A stretch of 63,239 nucleotides of DNA, the filler included, from an uncultured Chlamydiae bacterium (GTDB lineage Bacteria > Chlamydiota > Chlamydiia > Chlamydiales > SM23-39), in the NCBI GenBank assembly GCA_937899275.1. It is 13 parts of 13 records of this genome, joined end to end, with 100 filler letters (N's around TTAATTAATTAA, not from the genome) between each part and the next. Parts side by side here need not be neighbours in the genome. Positions count along the whole stretch, not along the records: positions 28,070 to 31,455 come from CALBPE010000074.1; positions 31,556 to 33,298 come from CALBPE010000075.1; positions 33,399 to 36,639 come from CALBPE010000076.1; positions 36,740 to 43,126 come from CALBPE010000077.1; 9 more parts are not named here. One strand, given 5' to 3'. How positions within the stretch are numbered: the stretch's first letter is position 1; each line of letters starts with the position of its first letter. The translations under genes were made by a program, and so were the position numbers. Shown here piece by piece: positions 28,530-39,981 of the stretch. The notes beneath the pieces were generated by a model, which did no database searches, was not told the origin of the DNA, and was given only the letters and a program-made list of their open reading frames with translations.

Positions 28530-31217
28530 ATGATGAAGACGCTAATTGGAAAAATGATTTGTTTTATAGGAAGACGGCTTCTTTCTTTACGCTATAAAGT
28601 AGAATTTCGAGGCCTAGATGCTTTGAAGCGAGAAAGGCTGTATAAAAAAGGTGGCACGCTTTTTTTACCCAATCATCCTGCTATCATCGATCCTTTGATT
28701 ATTTATATGTATTTTTGGCCGAAATTTCGGATGAGGCCCATTGTGATCGATTACATGTACCGGCAGCCTTTTGTGCATAGTCTCATGAAGCTGATCCGCG
28801 CTTTACCTATCCCGAATTTCGAAACATCGATCAATGAACTCAAACTAAAACAAGCAGAAAGCTCTATTCAAGAAACTGGTAAGGGACTAGAGGAAAAAAA
28901 TGCCTTCTTGATCTATCCAGCAGGTAGGCTAAAAGATACAGGTAAAGAGATTTTAGGCGGCGCATCTGCAGCGCATAATCTATTGAGTAGATTTCCTGAT
29001 ACCAATATCGTTTTGATCCGCACTACAGGCCTTTGGGGAAGCAGTTTTTCTAGAGCTTTGGAGCATAAAACTCCACATCTTGGTAAAGCATTTGCCAACG
29101 GCTTTAAAGTCCTTTTGAAAAACGGGATCTTTTTTTGCCGTAGGAGGAAGGTGATTGTTGAGTTTACCTCTAATCCTAAGAACTTTCCCATTGACGGATC
29201 AAGGTTAGATATGAACCGCTTTTTAGAACAGTGGTATAACCGCTATCCTGTAGGAAGTCAGGTTGTAGATAAAGAGCCGCTAACGTTTATTTCTTATGCT
29301 TTTTACAAAAAGATTTATCCTAAAATACAAAAGAAAATCGAGAAGAAAAAAGCAGAAATTTCAGGGGAAATCTCTCAAGAAGCCAAGGATAAAATCCTTG
29401 CCGAGATTGCAAAGCATGCAAAAATTTCTCTAGAAAAACTAGAACCTGAGATGAATTTAGCTTTAGATCTTGGTTTAGATTCGTTAGATATTGCAGCGCT
29501 TGCTGTATATCTATCCGATCATTTTGACCTTGATGAGGTTTATCCCGAAGATTTAGAAACGGTACAAGATGTTCTTGATATGCCGCAAAGAGAAAAAAGA
29601 TCAAAAAAGAAGATTCATGAAGAAATCAGCTCTTCTTGGCCAGAAGAAAAAGATCGTCCTGACATAGGTATTCCAGAAGAGAAAACGATTATGGAGGCCT
29701 TTTTTGGCGTGTGCAAACGGATGGGTGATGCAGCCGCTGTAGGCGATGATATTTCTGGGGTGTTAAGCTATAAGAAAATGCAAAAAGCCGTGATTGCACT
29801 CGCTTTAGCATTTCAGAAATACCCAGAAAAACATGTAGGTGTGCTTTTACCCTCATCTGCTGCTGCTTTTATTGTGATTTTAGCGTTAATGACAGCGGGT
29901 AAAGTACCTGTCATGATGAACTGGACTTTAGGTAAAAAGTTTTTAAACGATACGTTAAAACAAACCGATACAAAAGTTGTGATCTCTTCTTGGAAGTTTT
30001 TGGAAAAACTCTCTTATGTAGAGTTTGGTGATATGGTGCATCAAATCCGGTTTTTAGAAGATATCCGGAAAAATATTTCGGTCAAAACAAAAATGCAAAC
30101 CTTGATCACTTCGTTTAAGCCTGTTTCTTCTATACTCAAAAAATTTCAAATACAAAATGTATCTGCCCACGATCAGGCTGTGATTCTTTTTACAAGTGGT
30201 ACAGAATCGGTCCCGAAAGGGGTTCCTTTAACCCATGAAAATATTCTGTTAGATCAAAAAGGCTCTATGGCAAAAGTGCCTTTCGATAAAGAGGATGTGT
30301 TTTACGCGGTTTTACCACCGTTTCACTCGTTTGGATTATCGGTAGCTGGACTTTTTCCTATTTTAGCTGGGCTGAAAATCGCATTTTATCCCGATCCTAC
30401 CGATAGCTGCGCTCTTGCCAAAGGTATTGAAAAATGGAAAGCTACCATTTTTGCAGCGCCTCCTACGTTTTTGAAAGCGCTTCTTACTGTGGCAGAAAAA
30501 AAACAGTTAGAAACCATGCGGCTTTTTATCTGCGGTGCGGAAAAAACCCCTGATTCTTTATTTGGAAAGGTAAAAGAAATGCATGAAAAAGCTTTCTTAA
30601 TCCAAGGCTATGGCATCACAGAATGTTCGCCGGCTGTTGCTATGAACGAAGTGGGAAAACCGATCATCGGCGAGGGAAAACCTATCGCCTTTATTGAATG
30701 TAGAACGGTACACCCTGAAACAAAAAAACCTCTTGCTATAGGGATGGAAGGGGAGATATGCCTTTCTGGTCCTACTGTGTTTTCTGGGTATTTAGATCCA
30801 TCAATTGATCCTTTCATCTATTTTGAGGAAAAAAAATGGTATCTTACAGGTGATATCGGAAGATGTGATGCAGAGGGTAATATTATCCTTTCAGGTAGGC
30901 TGAAGCGGTTTGCAAAAATCGGAGGAGAGATGATTAGTATTGGAGCTGTTGAAGAAGCAATTGTAAAAGAGCTGGCACAAGACACCGATACCCCCTCCAT
31001 AGCTGTTTCTTATGTTGAAGGTGAGGAAAGCTCATTTTTAGTGCTATTTACCACAATCGAGGTGGATAAAGCCCGGGTAAATGCCCTACTAAAGGAAAAA
31101 GGATTTTCCCGGTTGATCAAGATCTCTTTTATCCATAAAATGGCCGCTCTTCCCATTACAGGAAGTGGAAAAATCGATTACCGCAATCTACAATCTTTAG
31201 GTCTTTTACATGGATAA
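28530..31217 (+). CDS. aas: Aas-like fusion: PlsC acyltransferase + carrier (ACP) domain + acyl-ACP synthetase
   Basis: [51 protein letters not shown]. Confidence 0.85.
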   Translation: MMKTLIGKMICFIGRRLLSLRYKVEFRGLDALKRERLYKKGGTLFLPNHPAIIDPLIIYMYFWPKFRMRPIVIDYMYRQPFVHSLMKLIRALPIPNFETSINELKLKQAESSIQETGKGLEEKNAFLIYPAGRLKDTGKEILGGASAAHNLLSRFPDTNIVLIRTTGLWGSSFSRALEHKTPHLGKAFANGFKVLLKNGIFFCRRRKVIVEFTSNPKNFPIDGSRLDMNRFLEQWYNRYPVGSQVVDKEPLTFISYAFYKKIYPKIQKKIEKKKAEISGEISQEAKDKILAEIAKHAKISLEKLEPEMNLALDLGLDSLDIAALAVYLSDHFDLDEVYPEDLETVQDVLDMPQREKRSKKKIHEEISSSWPEEKDRPDIGIPEEKTIMEAFFGVCKRMGDAAAVGDDISGVLSYKKMQKAVIALALAFQKYPEKHVGVLLPSSAAAFIVILALMTAGKVPVMMNWTLGKKFLNDTLKQTDTKVVISSWKFLEKLSYVEFGDMVHQIRFLEDIRKNISVKTKMQTLITSFKPVSSILKKFQIQNVSAHDQAVILFTSGTESVPKGVPLTHENILLDQKGSMAKVPFDKEDVFYAVLPPFHSFGLSVAGLFPILAGLKIAFYPDPTDSCALAKGIEKWKATIFAAPPTFLKALLTVAEKKQLETMRLFICGAEKTPDSLFGKVKEMHEKAFLIQGYGITECSPAVAMNEVGKPIIGEGKPIAFIECRTVHPETKKPLAIGMEGEICLSGPTVFSGYLDPSIDPFIYFEEKKWYLTGDIGRCDAEGNIILSGRLKRFAKIGGEMISIGAVEEAIVKELAQDTDTPSIAVSYVEGEESSFLVLFTTIEVDKARVNALLKEKGFSRLIKISFIHKMAALPITGSGKIDYRNLQSLGLLHG

Positions 31218-31455
31218 ACTATTTTTACAAAATACCCTATCTAGAAAAAAAGAGGTGGTGGAAAACCGCTCTGTAACTATGTATACATGCGGACCTACTG
31301 TATACGATTACGCGCATATTGGAAATTTACGCACGTATGTCTTTGAAGATCTACTGAAAAGAGCGCTTCTTTATGCGGGATACCGAGTGCGTCATGTGAT
31401 GAACATCACCGATGTGGATGATAAAATCATCGATCGCGCACGTCGTGATTATCCT
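31210..31455 (+). CDS. cysS: Cysteinyl-tRNA synthetase, N-terminal fragment
   Basis: [26 protein letters not shown]. Confidence 0.95.
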
Positions 31456-31555
31456 NNNNNNNNNNNNNNNNNNNNNNNNNNNNNNNNNNNNNNNNNNNNT
31501 TAATTAATTAANNNNNNNNNNNNNNNNNNNNNNNNNNNNNNNNNNNNNNNNNNNN

Positions 31556-32565
31556 AACCGTTTTCTTTAGATACTATGGAAGCAATCGTAGATAAAGCAG
31601 ATGAACATCATCGCTTAGTATTGGAAAATAGACAGCTAAGAGCAAAAGAGCAACTGCCGTCTCAAGGATTTGATGCAAAAAACCCTAAAATGCAGCAGAT
31701 TTTCAAGACCATTAGTACCTGCGCTAAAACATCTGCCAGCGTATTTATATCGGGAGAGTCGGGATCAGGCAAGGAGGTGATCGCCTCGATGATTCATGAA
31801 AGGTCTCTTAGAAAAAAACATCCTTTCATTAAGGTCAACTGCCCTGCCACCCCAGAAAGCTTATTAGAATCAGAGTTTTTTGGTCATGAAAAAGGCGCAT
31901 TTACAGGAGCAGAAAAACGAAGGTTAGGGCGCTTCGAGCTGGCACATAAAGGCTCTCTTTTATTAGACGAGATCACCGAGATGCCCATGCATTTGCAATC
32001 GAAGCTGCTGCGCGTAATTCAAGAACAAGAGTTTGAACGTTTAGGCTCAGAAAAATCGATACGGGTAGATATCCGGTTTATCGCCACTACAAACCGAAAT
32101 ATTGAAGAGGCGATTCAGCAAAATCTTTTTCGAGAAGATCTATTTTACCGTTTGCATGTGATTCCCATTCAGATTCCTCCTTTAAGAGAGCGAAGAGAAG
32201 ACATCATCGATCTAGCAAATTACTTCATCGCCAGTTTTTCAACAAAAATGGGACAAAGACAAAAACCGCTATCTCCTTTAGCTAAAAAATACCTTCTCGA
32301 TTACAACTTCCCGGGTAATGTTCGCGAATTGAGCAACATCATTGAAAGAGCGCTTACCTTAAGCCAAGAAAAAGAAATCACCGCTCAAGATCTAAGCATA
32401 CAGCCTAAGCCGCCTAAAATCTTACCTCTCAAAGAATGGGAAAAAACCCATATTCTAGATACGTTAGCAGCTATGGGTGAAAGCAAATCACTTGCCGCAA
32501 AAAAGCTCGGCATTACAGAAAAAACCCTTCGAAACAAGCTGAAATCCTATGGCAAAAAAACGTAA
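31556..32565 (+). CDS. Sigma54-dependent response regulator (AtoC/CtcC-like), 5' truncated
   Basis: GESGSGKE, GAFTGA, LLLDEI, FREDLFYRL, GNVREL, C-terminal Fis-type HTH. Confidence 0.92.
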
Positions 32566-32698
32566 ATAAAACGCCCTTTTCACTAGAGCCTTCTCAAAAG
32601 ATTTTTACTGCAAATATCTTCCTGTTTTTCAGGGTAAATGCATTGCAATCTAAAAAAGCCCGCAGTAAAATAGTAGCCTTTAACAGGATAAACAGTTT

Positions 32699-33298
32699 AT
32701 GGCAAGTATCGCAGCTCATACTTCTTTACAAAGAGATAATAGCGCAAAGAGGCCCGCCTCTTTGAGATCAAACGCTCCTTGTTCTCACTCCTTTTCAACC
32801 GATTTTCAAAAAGAGCTAGCCTCTTTTCTAAGGATTGATCTTGTAGCTCTAGAGTTTATTCAAAATCCCTCAATACCAAAAGCAATCGATTTGACAATTA
32901 AATGCCTGCTTCCTTTATGTGCGATTTACTCAGGAATGATCCTTGGCCCAGCATTTGGGGTCTACTTATTTGTTACAAATACCTTGTTCGGAGCGGCTAG
33001 TATGGCCTGTATAAAAAACATAGAATCAAAAGCCTTGCCGAACCCAAAAGATTTTTTCACCAAAAACCACCTTATTTCGAAAATTGTTATAGGGGTAATT
33101 GCATGGTTTCCCATGAACTTTCTTGCAAACCAGCTTACAACTCTTGTCCTATGGATTTTTGGACTTATGGGAAGCGAAAGCCTTGCTAAAGGGCAAGATA
33201 TAGGTAAATTACTCTCTTCTGGTGGTTTAGTAGGAGCTTTATTCACTATGGTAGCATGCATTGTAGCTCCTATATTAGAAGAACTTACTTTCCGAGGT
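32699..33298 (+). CDS. CPBP/Abi (CAAX-type) intramembrane protease, 3' truncated
   Basis: Multiple TM segments ending in APILEELTFRG (EExxxR motif). Confidence 0.8.
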
Positions 33299-33398
33299 NN
33301 NNNNNNNNNNNNNNNNNNNNNNNNNNNNNNNNNNNNNNNNNNTTAATTAATTAANNNNNNNNNNNNNNNNNNNNNNNNNNNNNNNNNNNNNNNNNNNN

Positions 33399-33752
33399 AG
33401 CGGACCCTTTCTCCTAAACTGAGATAGCCCCACCATATTGTATGCCGTTGACTAAAAGAGAGCTATTTTCCGATCTTGGTACAATAGAGATTTGGTGAAT
33501 ATCTAAAAAGGTTTCTCCCCATTTGATGCCTTTGGCAGTAGCATCGACTAAAAATCGTATGCCCAATCATCCAGATGTAATTCCCGATCGATCCTTCGGA
33601 TCGAAAATATAGCAGCGCCCCTTGACCTCTAGTAAAGCTTCTTTCGCATCTTTTTCTAACAGTACCTTAATGTTTTCTGTTTGCTTCGATGGTAGAATAT
33701 TTTGCGCGTGCAAAGCGCCTATGATAAAAAAAATGAGAAAAAAACGTTTCAT
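33399..33752 (-). CDS. Exported protein downstream of ruvB (conserved in chlamydiae), 3' truncated, with in-frame TGA and TAG
   Basis: Signal peptide, then IKVLL...ALLEVKG. The frame resumes after TGA (33567-33569) as GIKWGETF...LLVNGIQY. Confidence 0.65.
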
Positions 33753-34816
33753 GCTTTTGGCTCCCGTATGTGATGTTTATTTTCGCTTGCAGGCGTATTT
33801 TTCTCAGGTTGTAAATACGCGTAGGCAAGTGGGGTAAGTTCTCTTCCCCGAGGCGTTCTTTTAATAAGCCCTTCTCTAACTAAAAATGGCTCGTAGACTT
33901 CTGCTATAGTTGAAGATTCTTCACCCACAGCTAAAGCAAGTGTATTGATCCCTACTGGACCTCCGTTGTGATGTTCCATCATAACAGTCAGTATTTTTTT
34001 GTCCATCTCATCTAAGCCTTTTTCATCAATTGCTAGCATATCTAATGCTTCTTTTGTGCTTTCTTGAGAGATAGTTCCTCCAGCGTGGATATCGGCATAA
34101 TCTCGTAGCCACCTCATCAGATTATTCAAGACGCGAGGTGTGCCTCTAGAGCGCTTTGCAATCGATAAAGCGCTGGGAGGATCAAGGGGTTTTCCGAGAA
34201 GTTTTGCTGTTCGAAATGCAATGGTTGTCAGCGTTTCTACAGAATAGTAATCTAGCCGTAGTTGATGATGAAAACGCGTTCTTAAAGGGCTACTTAACAT
34301 GCCCGATTTTGTCGTAGCTCCGATTAAAGTAAAGGGTGGCAGCTCAATAGGCACCGATCTTGCATTTGGTCCAGAGTCAATCATTAAATCGATACGAAAA
34401 TCTTCCATAGCAGAATACAAATATTCCTCAATGGTTTTCGGTAGCCTGTGGATTTCATCAATAAAAAGACAATCGCCTTCTTGCAGGCTGGTCAGTATAC
34501 CGGCAATATCTGCCGGTTTTTCGATTACAGGCCCTGAGGTTGTGATCAGTTTTTTTTCCATTTCTCCCGCAAGAATTTGCGCAAGGGTTGTTTTGCCTAA
34601 ACCGGGGGGGCCAAAAAAAAGCAGATGCCCCAATGCATCGTTTCTTTTTTTTGCCGCTTGGATTAAAATCTGTAGTCTGGCAGCTGTATGAGGCTGTCCT
34701 GTAAATTCCTGTAAAGAAAGAGGCCTAAGCGGCGCTTCAAATGAAGCATCTTTTTTCTTCATAGTGGATTTGAGAAAAGGGCTGTGCAAAGTACTACCTT
34801 TTTTTCTACTTTTCAT
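33749..34816 (-). CDS. ruvB: Holliday junction branch-migration helicase RuvB (true start may be slightly downstream)
   Basis: LRPLSLQEFTGQ, GPPGLGKTT, FIDEIHRL, RSRGTPR, RTPRGR. Confidence 0.97.
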   Translation of the reverse strand: MKSRKKGSTLHSPFLKSTMKKKDASFEAPLRPLSLQEFTGQPHTAARLQILIQAAKKRNDALGHLLFFGPPGLGKTTLAQILAGEMEKKLITTSGPVIEKPADIAGILTSLQEGDCLFIDEIHRLPKTIEEYLYSAMEDFRIDLMIDSGPNARSVPIELPPFTLIGATTKSGMLSSPLRTRFHHQLRLDYYSVETLTTIAFRTAKLLGKPLDPPSALSIAKRSRGTPRVLNNLMRWLRDYADIHAGGTISQESTKEALDMLAIDEKGLDEMDKKILTVMMEHHNGGPVGINTLALAVGEESSTIAEVYEPFLVREGLIKRTPRGRELTPLAYAYLQPEKNTPASENKHHIREPKA

Positions 34817-34889
34817 AAAAACTCTAGCAAGAAAACTAATTCAAAGGCTATACAAACTTGGTAGTCATGAATAAAAGAAGGAGAAATAC

Positions 34890-35447
34890 ATGGCACTTTT
34901 GCCCGATAAGTGGATACGAAAAAAAGCACTAGAAGATAAAATGATTGAACCTTTCATCGATCGTTTATCGACAAAAAATGTGGTTAGCTACGGCCTTTCT
35001 AGTTATGGCTATGATCTTCGCGTTGACACAAAATTTAAGATTTTTACCAATACCTACAATGCCATTGTCGATCCAAAAAACTTTCAAGATGATGCATTTG
35101 TCGATTTTGAAGGAGACACCTGCATTGTTCCGCCCAATTCTTTTGCCCTGGCCCGCTCCGTTGAGTATTTCCGTATTCCGAGAAACATCCTTACAATTTG
35201 CCTTGGAAAATCTACTTATGCAAGGTGCGGTATTATTGTAAATGTTACCCCTTTTGAACCTGAATGGGAAGGACACGTAACTTTAGAAATTTCAAATACT
35301 ACGCCTTTACCTGCAAAGATTTATGCGGGGGAAGGTCTTGCGCAAGTGCTGTTTTTTGAAGCAAAAGAAGAGTGTGAAATTTCTTATAAAGAGCGCGCAG
35401 GAAAGTACATGAAACAAGTAGGCATTACTGTCCCTAAGGTGAGCTGA
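34890..35447 (+). CDS. dcd: dCTP deaminase
   Basis: [29 protein letters not shown]. Confidence 0.96.
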   Translation: MALLPDKWIRKKALEDKMIEPFIDRLSTKNVVSYGLSSYGYDLRVDTKFKIFTNTYNAIVDPKNFQDDAFVDFEGDTCIVPPNSFALARSVEYFRIPRNILTICLGKSTYARCGIIVNVTPFEPEWEGHVTLEISNTTPLPAKIYAGEGLAQVLFFEAKEECEISYKERAGKYMKQVGITVPKVS

Positions 35448-35505
35448 TTTGCTGATTTTTCTAGACAAATATCGCTTTAGCCCTGATAACAACTTTCAGG
35501 GGGGA

Positions 35506-35838
35506 ATGCAGATGAAAAGTGTACTCTTTTCTATTTGTATGAAGAAATATGGGGTTTTACTAGCGGCTGTTTTTTGCTCTTTGATGATGTATCATTACGG
35601 TGCAAAAGCAAAAAACCAAGCTATTGAGCGCTTGCAAGAAGAGCTGTCTTGTCTAGAAGAACAAAAACAAAGGGCTGCATCTCTTAAAGAAGAGCTGCAG
35701 TGCCGCATTGCATCTAGGCAAGATCCCGACTGGATTGAAATGGTTTTGATGAAACAGCTCGGCCTTGTTCCTGAAGGGTATATGAAAGTGCATTTTACCT
35801 CACCAAAATCTCTCCTGGAAGACCAAGAGGAATTGTAA
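35506..35838 (+). CDS. FtsB/FtsL-like bitopic coiled-coil protein
   Basis: One TM, coiled coil, then DPDWIEMVLMKQLGLVPEG; downstream of dcd as in chlamydiae. Confidence 0.7.
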   Translation: MQMKSVLFSICMKKYGVLLAAVFCSLMMYHYGAKAKNQAIERLQEELSCLEEQKQRAASLKEELQCRIASRQDPDWIEMVLMKQLGLVPEGYMKVHFTSPKSLLEDQEEL

Positions 35839-35841
35839 GTT

Positions 35842-36639
35842 TTGCTCGCGATTTCTATAATTGCTTTACTTGTACTCCTTGCGTTTTCTGCATCGTTATC
35901 TTGTTCAGAAACGGCTTTATTTTCTCTACCATCTTTTACAGTAAAAAAATACGCTCATGCAAAAGATGCAAAAAAACGGCTTACAGCAAAACTCTTAAAA
36001 AGCCCTACAGACCTTTTAGTTACCATCATGATGCTCAATGTATTTTCCAATATTTTAGTGCAAAATGTGGTTTCCGGAGTTTTTGGCAGAGTGTCGAGTC
36101 TTTGGATTAAAATCGTTCTACCTTTAGTTTTGACGTTATTTTTAGGGGAAATCATCCCGAAGTCTTTAGCGATTTTGCATAACCGCTCTATTGCGCCTTT
36201 TGTCGCTCCCTACATCGCTTTTGCAAGAAAGATCCTTTCGCCTATTCGGAGCGTTTTAACCTATACGACAAGTATTTTATCCCGCTTTCTCTTCTTTTTT
36301 TTTCGTAGGGAAAAAGGGATATCTTCAGAAGAATTAGAGCATATTTTGCACGATTCTAAGAAAAAAGGAATTGTACATGATAAAGAGTTTGAGCTAATTA
36401 AAGGGTTTTTAGACCTCAATCAATCTCTTGTCAAAGAACACGTAAGGCCCAGGGGAGAAGTGGTGTTTTACAACATTGAAGAGCCGATAGAAACGCTGCG
36501 ACAACTGATGACAACACAAGAGTGCTCTAGAGTACCTGTTTGTCAAGGGCACTTAGATCAGATGCTTGGGATCATATCGGTACGAAGGTATTTTTTTCAT
36601 GCGCATAAAAAAATACCTTCGTACCGATATGATCCCAAG
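35842..36639 (+). CDS. CNNM/HlyC/CorC family (DUF21 + CBS) protein, 3' truncated
   Basis: SCSETALFSL, GEIIPKSLA, SRVPV. Confidence 0.88.
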
Positions 36640-36739
36640 NNNNNNNNNNNNNNNNNNNNNNNNNNNNNNNNNNNNNNNNNNNNTTAATTAATTAANNNNN
36701 NNNNNNNNNNNNNNNNNNNNNNNNNNNNNNNNNNNNNNN

Positions 36740-36854
36740 AATGAATGATTTTTCCCATTTAGGAGTCTCTAAAGTTAGTGTGTATCGAAAAGCAGCATTT
36801 TTAGGTAACCTGAGAAAAGAAGATGCGTTGAAGGAGCTTTGTGATGTGTTTTAA
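36740..36854 (+). CDS. C-terminal CBS-like fragment, probably the tail of the ABC ATPase at 60691-61535
   Basis: MNDFSHLGVSKVSVYRKAAFLGNLRKEDALKELCDVF*, upstream of the osmoprotectant permease. Confidence 0.5.
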
Positions 36855-36985
36855 ATCAGCTATTTTCAGCGATTGATCGATATGCAAAAGATCTAAGGAC
36901 GCTCTACTTCTTTTCAATTATACAAGACAAGAATAGAGCTGGAAAGTTAAAGTAGAAATTACACACTTGCATTTTTTCAATAGTC

Positions 36986-37663
36986 ATGTTTTTTTCCGCC
37001 TCTTTTTACCAATACGTTCTCAGTAAAATCTATGAGCACCTGCAAATAACCTTTACCTCACTTTTTCTCGCTTCTATTTTAGCTATTCCTCTTGGAAGTA
37101 TCCTTGCAAAATCGACAAATGCGTTTTTCGCCAATGTCATTTTGCGCATTGTAGCTGCTATACAAACGGTTCCAGGTCTTGCTTTAATTGCATTGACTAC
37201 AGCGATGCTTGTTCTTCTTCGCTCGTATATTTTGGTGCCTACGGTAGGGTTTTTACCAGGAACATTGGTGCTTTCTATCTATGCTATACTACCGATGATG
37301 AATAGCACCTATAGCGGTATTCGGGGAATTGATCCCTCTCTTTTAGAAGTAGCAAGAGGTATGGGCATGACCCGGATGCAGATGTTTTCTATGATAGAGT
37401 TTCCTCTGGCTCTTCCTGCAATTTTGATGGGTTTCCGGGTTTCTTTAGTTTGGACTTTTGGTTCGGCTACGCTTACTTCATTGATTGGATCGGGAGGCCT
37501 TGGCGATCTGATTCTTCAAGGTCTGAGAACGATGAACGTTCCCATCATCTGTTTCGGTACCATTCCTTTGATGATACTAGCGATTTTTTTTGATGGATTA
37601 GTCGCGCATTTTGGCCCTAAACTTTTGAAAGGACCTAGCTATAAAACCACGGAAAATTCGTGA
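36986..37663 (+). CDS. Osmoprotectant ABC permease (OpuCB/YehW-like)
   Basis: EHLQIT, IQTVPGLAL, EVARGMGMT, IEFPLALP, GGLGDLI. Confidence 0.88.
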   Translation: MFFSASFYQYVLSKIYEHLQITFTSLFLASILAIPLGSILAKSTNAFFANVILRIVAAIQTVPGLALIALTTAMLVLLRSYILVPTVGFLPGTLVLSIYAILPMMNSTYSGIRGIDPSLLEVARGMGMTRMQMFSMIEFPLALPAILMGFRVSLVWTFGSATLTSLIGSGGLGDLILQGLRTMNVPIICFGTIPLMILAIFFDGLVAHFGPKLLKGPSYKTTENS

Positions 37664-38532
37664 GACCTTGGCTTCGTTTATCGATTATTATCGCTTGTTT
37701 ATTCTCGGTTTTTACCCTGCCAAGATTTTTTTCTTATAAAAGAAAAAACGTAGTCGTTGTAGGCGCAAAAAATAATCCTGAATCGCAACTTTTAGGCGAG
37801 ATGATGGCGCTACTTATCGAAAGGCATACTCCTTATCAAGTGCAAAGAAGTTTTGCTTTAGACGGTACGTATATTGCATTTCATGCGCTTTTTTCCGATA
37901 GCATCGACCTCTATGTCGACTATCTAGGCACAATACAGATGACCATCTTAGATGAGCCCACTTCTTTTAATCAATCCACGAGAAAAACAGAAGAAGCCTT
38001 AAAAAAACGCTATGGGATTACTATCCCGTTTTCCTGGGGTTTTTCCAATAGCTATGTCCTCATTACAAGAAACGATTTCTCTGCAGATTTTATTGAAGAT
38101 TTAGAAGGAAAAACGGCGCGTTACGGCTTTGATCCAGAGTTTTTAGCTCGGCAGGAATACCGCCTATTGCAAAAACGCTACGCACTTTCTTTAGAAGGAT
38201 TGCAGATGATGGATCCATCGCTACTGTATATTGCGCTTTATCATCGATCCGTAGATGTCATTTCTGGTAGCTATACCGACGGCAATATTCTCCGCTATCA
38301 AGGAAAAGTTTTATTAGAGAAAAACACCGTTTTTCCCAACTACGAAGCGGTTACCTTAAGTAAGGCGCAGTTTTTACGCACCCATCCTCAGATAAAAAAA
38401 ACTTTGCAGGGCCTACAAGATATTTTAAACATAGATAAGATCCGCCTTCTTAACGAACAAGTGGCTAAAGGAAAGCCTTTGCAAGAAGTAGCAAAAGATT
38501 TCTTAAAATCGAGCCAATTGTGGGAAAAGTAG
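37660..38532 (+). CDS. Glycine betaine/choline-type ABC substrate-binding protein (OpuCC-like)
   Basis: VGAKNNPESQLLGE, IDLYVDYLGT, GFSNSY, FPNYEAV. Confidence 0.85.
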   Translation: MRPWLRLSIIIACLFSVFTLPRFFSYKRKNVVVVGAKNNPESQLLGEMMALLIERHTPYQVQRSFALDGTYIAFHALFSDSIDLYVDYLGTIQMTILDEPTSFNQSTRKTEEALKKRYGITIPFSWGFSNSYVLITRNDFSADFIEDLEGKTARYGFDPEFLARQEYRLLQKRYALSLEGLQMMDPSLLYIALYHRSVDVISGSYTDGNILRYQGKVLLEKNTVFPNYEAVTLSKAQFLRTHPQIKKTLQGLQDILNIDKIRLLNEQVAKGKPLQEVAKDFLKSSQLWEK

Positions 38533-38604
38533 TATTTCTTTATACTATATAGAAACTTTCTTCCATTTCTTATTTTCCAAATTACATAGAGGTTTATTGA
38601 AATC

Positions 38605-39981
38605 ATGGTTACAGCATTTTTACAGCATTTAGAACAGATTGTGTGGGGACCTCCCTTATTGATCTTTCTTCTCGCCTCGGGCGTGTATTTAACCGTGATC
38701 TCAAAAGGTGTGCAGGTGCGGTATTTATTCTACTCATTAAAACTTGCGTTTAGCCGCCACGATGATCGGGCTAAAGGCGATATTTCCCATTTTGAAGCGC
38801 TTATGACCGCTCTTGCAGCAACCATTGGTATTGGGAGCATATCAGGGGTGGCAACAGCAATTGCTACAGGAGGGTTAGGTGCGCTTTTTTGGTTATGGCT
38901 CGCTGCCTTTCTTGGAATGGCTACAAAATACAGCGAAGCGATCTTAGCGATCAAATACCGCGTAGTAGATGAAAAAAACGAGATGTGCGGAGGTCCGATG
39001 TACTATCTCGAAAAAAGCTTATCGAAAAAACATCTCGGTAAAGCCTTAGCTGCGTTTTTTGCTCTTGCAGGAGCAATTACTGCATTTGGCACAGGTAATA
39101 TGGTCCAGGCAAATTCTGTGTCGACCGCTCTTTTTAGTAACTTCAATATCTCTCCCTTGATTTCAGGATCATTTCTGGCAGTATGTACAGCTGTTGCTCT
39201 TTTTGGAGGCATCAAAAGTATCGGAAAAGTCTCTAGCTACCTTGTCCCTGTTATGGCGGTTTTTTATATCGGCGGCGGGTTGATGGTTCTTGCGATCAAC
39301 TACACTCTTCTTCCCAAAGCGATTGCTGCAATTTTTTCAAGCGCTTTTACGGGAGAAGCAGCTACAGGTGGTTTTTTGGGAGCAAGCGTCATGCTAGCGA
39401 TTCAATATGGTGTATCTAGAGGCATTTTTTCTTCTGAAGCAGGTCTTGGCTCCGCCCCTATTGCCGCAGCAGCAGCAAAAACAGATGTTCCAGGTAGGCA
39501 GGCATTGATTTCGATGAGCGGCGTTTTTATCACCTCATTTATTGTCTGCTCTATTACAGGTTTAGCGATTGCTACAACAGATGTTCTTGGAGCTATAGGA
39601 CCTTCTGGAAAGGTGCTAAACGGCTCTTTAATGGTGATTGAAGCGTTTAATAGGACGCTTCCTGGATCAGGTGTGATCATCACCATTTCTTTACTCTTAT
39701 TTGCGTATTCCACGATTTTAGGTTGGGCGTATTATGGAGAAAAATGCGTCGAGTATCTATTCGGCGTTAAAAGCGTATTTTTTTACCGGATTGCATTTAC
39801 CCTTTGTTTAATTCCAGGCTCAATTGTCAGCTTAGGTATTGTTTGGAGTTTTGCAAATGTTATGAACGGCTTAATGGCATTTCCCAACTTAGTGGGTCTA
39901 TTTGCTTTAAGCCGCGTAGTGCAAGAAGAAACCCAGTCTTTTGACCTACTGGTACAAAACGAGGAAAAATCTAATTTATGA
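38605..39981 (+). CDS. Na+/alanine-glycine symporter (AgcS/DagA family), copy 1
   Basis: ALAATIGIGSI, GGPMYY, RGIFSSEAGLGSAPIA, YYGEKC, NGLMAFPN. Confidence 0.94.
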   Translation: MVTAFLQHLEQIVWGPPLLIFLLASGVYLTVISKGVQVRYLFYSLKLAFSRHDDRAKGDISHFEALMTALAATIGIGSISGVATAIATGGLGALFWLWLAAFLGMATKYSEAILAIKYRVVDEKNEMCGGPMYYLEKSLSKKHLGKALAAFFALAGAITAFGTGNMVQANSVSTALFSNFNISPLISGSFLAVCTAVALFGGIKSIGKVSSYLVPVMAVFYIGGGLMVLAINYTLLPKAIAAIFSSAFTGEAATGGFLGASVMLAIQYGVSRGIFSSEAGLGSAPIAAAAAKTDVPGRQALISMSGVFITSFIVCSITGLAIATTDVLGAIGPSGKVLNGSLMVIEAFNRTLPGSGVIITISLLLFAYSTILGWAYYGEKCVEYLFGVKSVFFYRIAFTLCLIPGSIVSLGIVWSFANVMNGLMAFPNLVGLFALSRVVQEETQSFDLLVQNEEKSNL

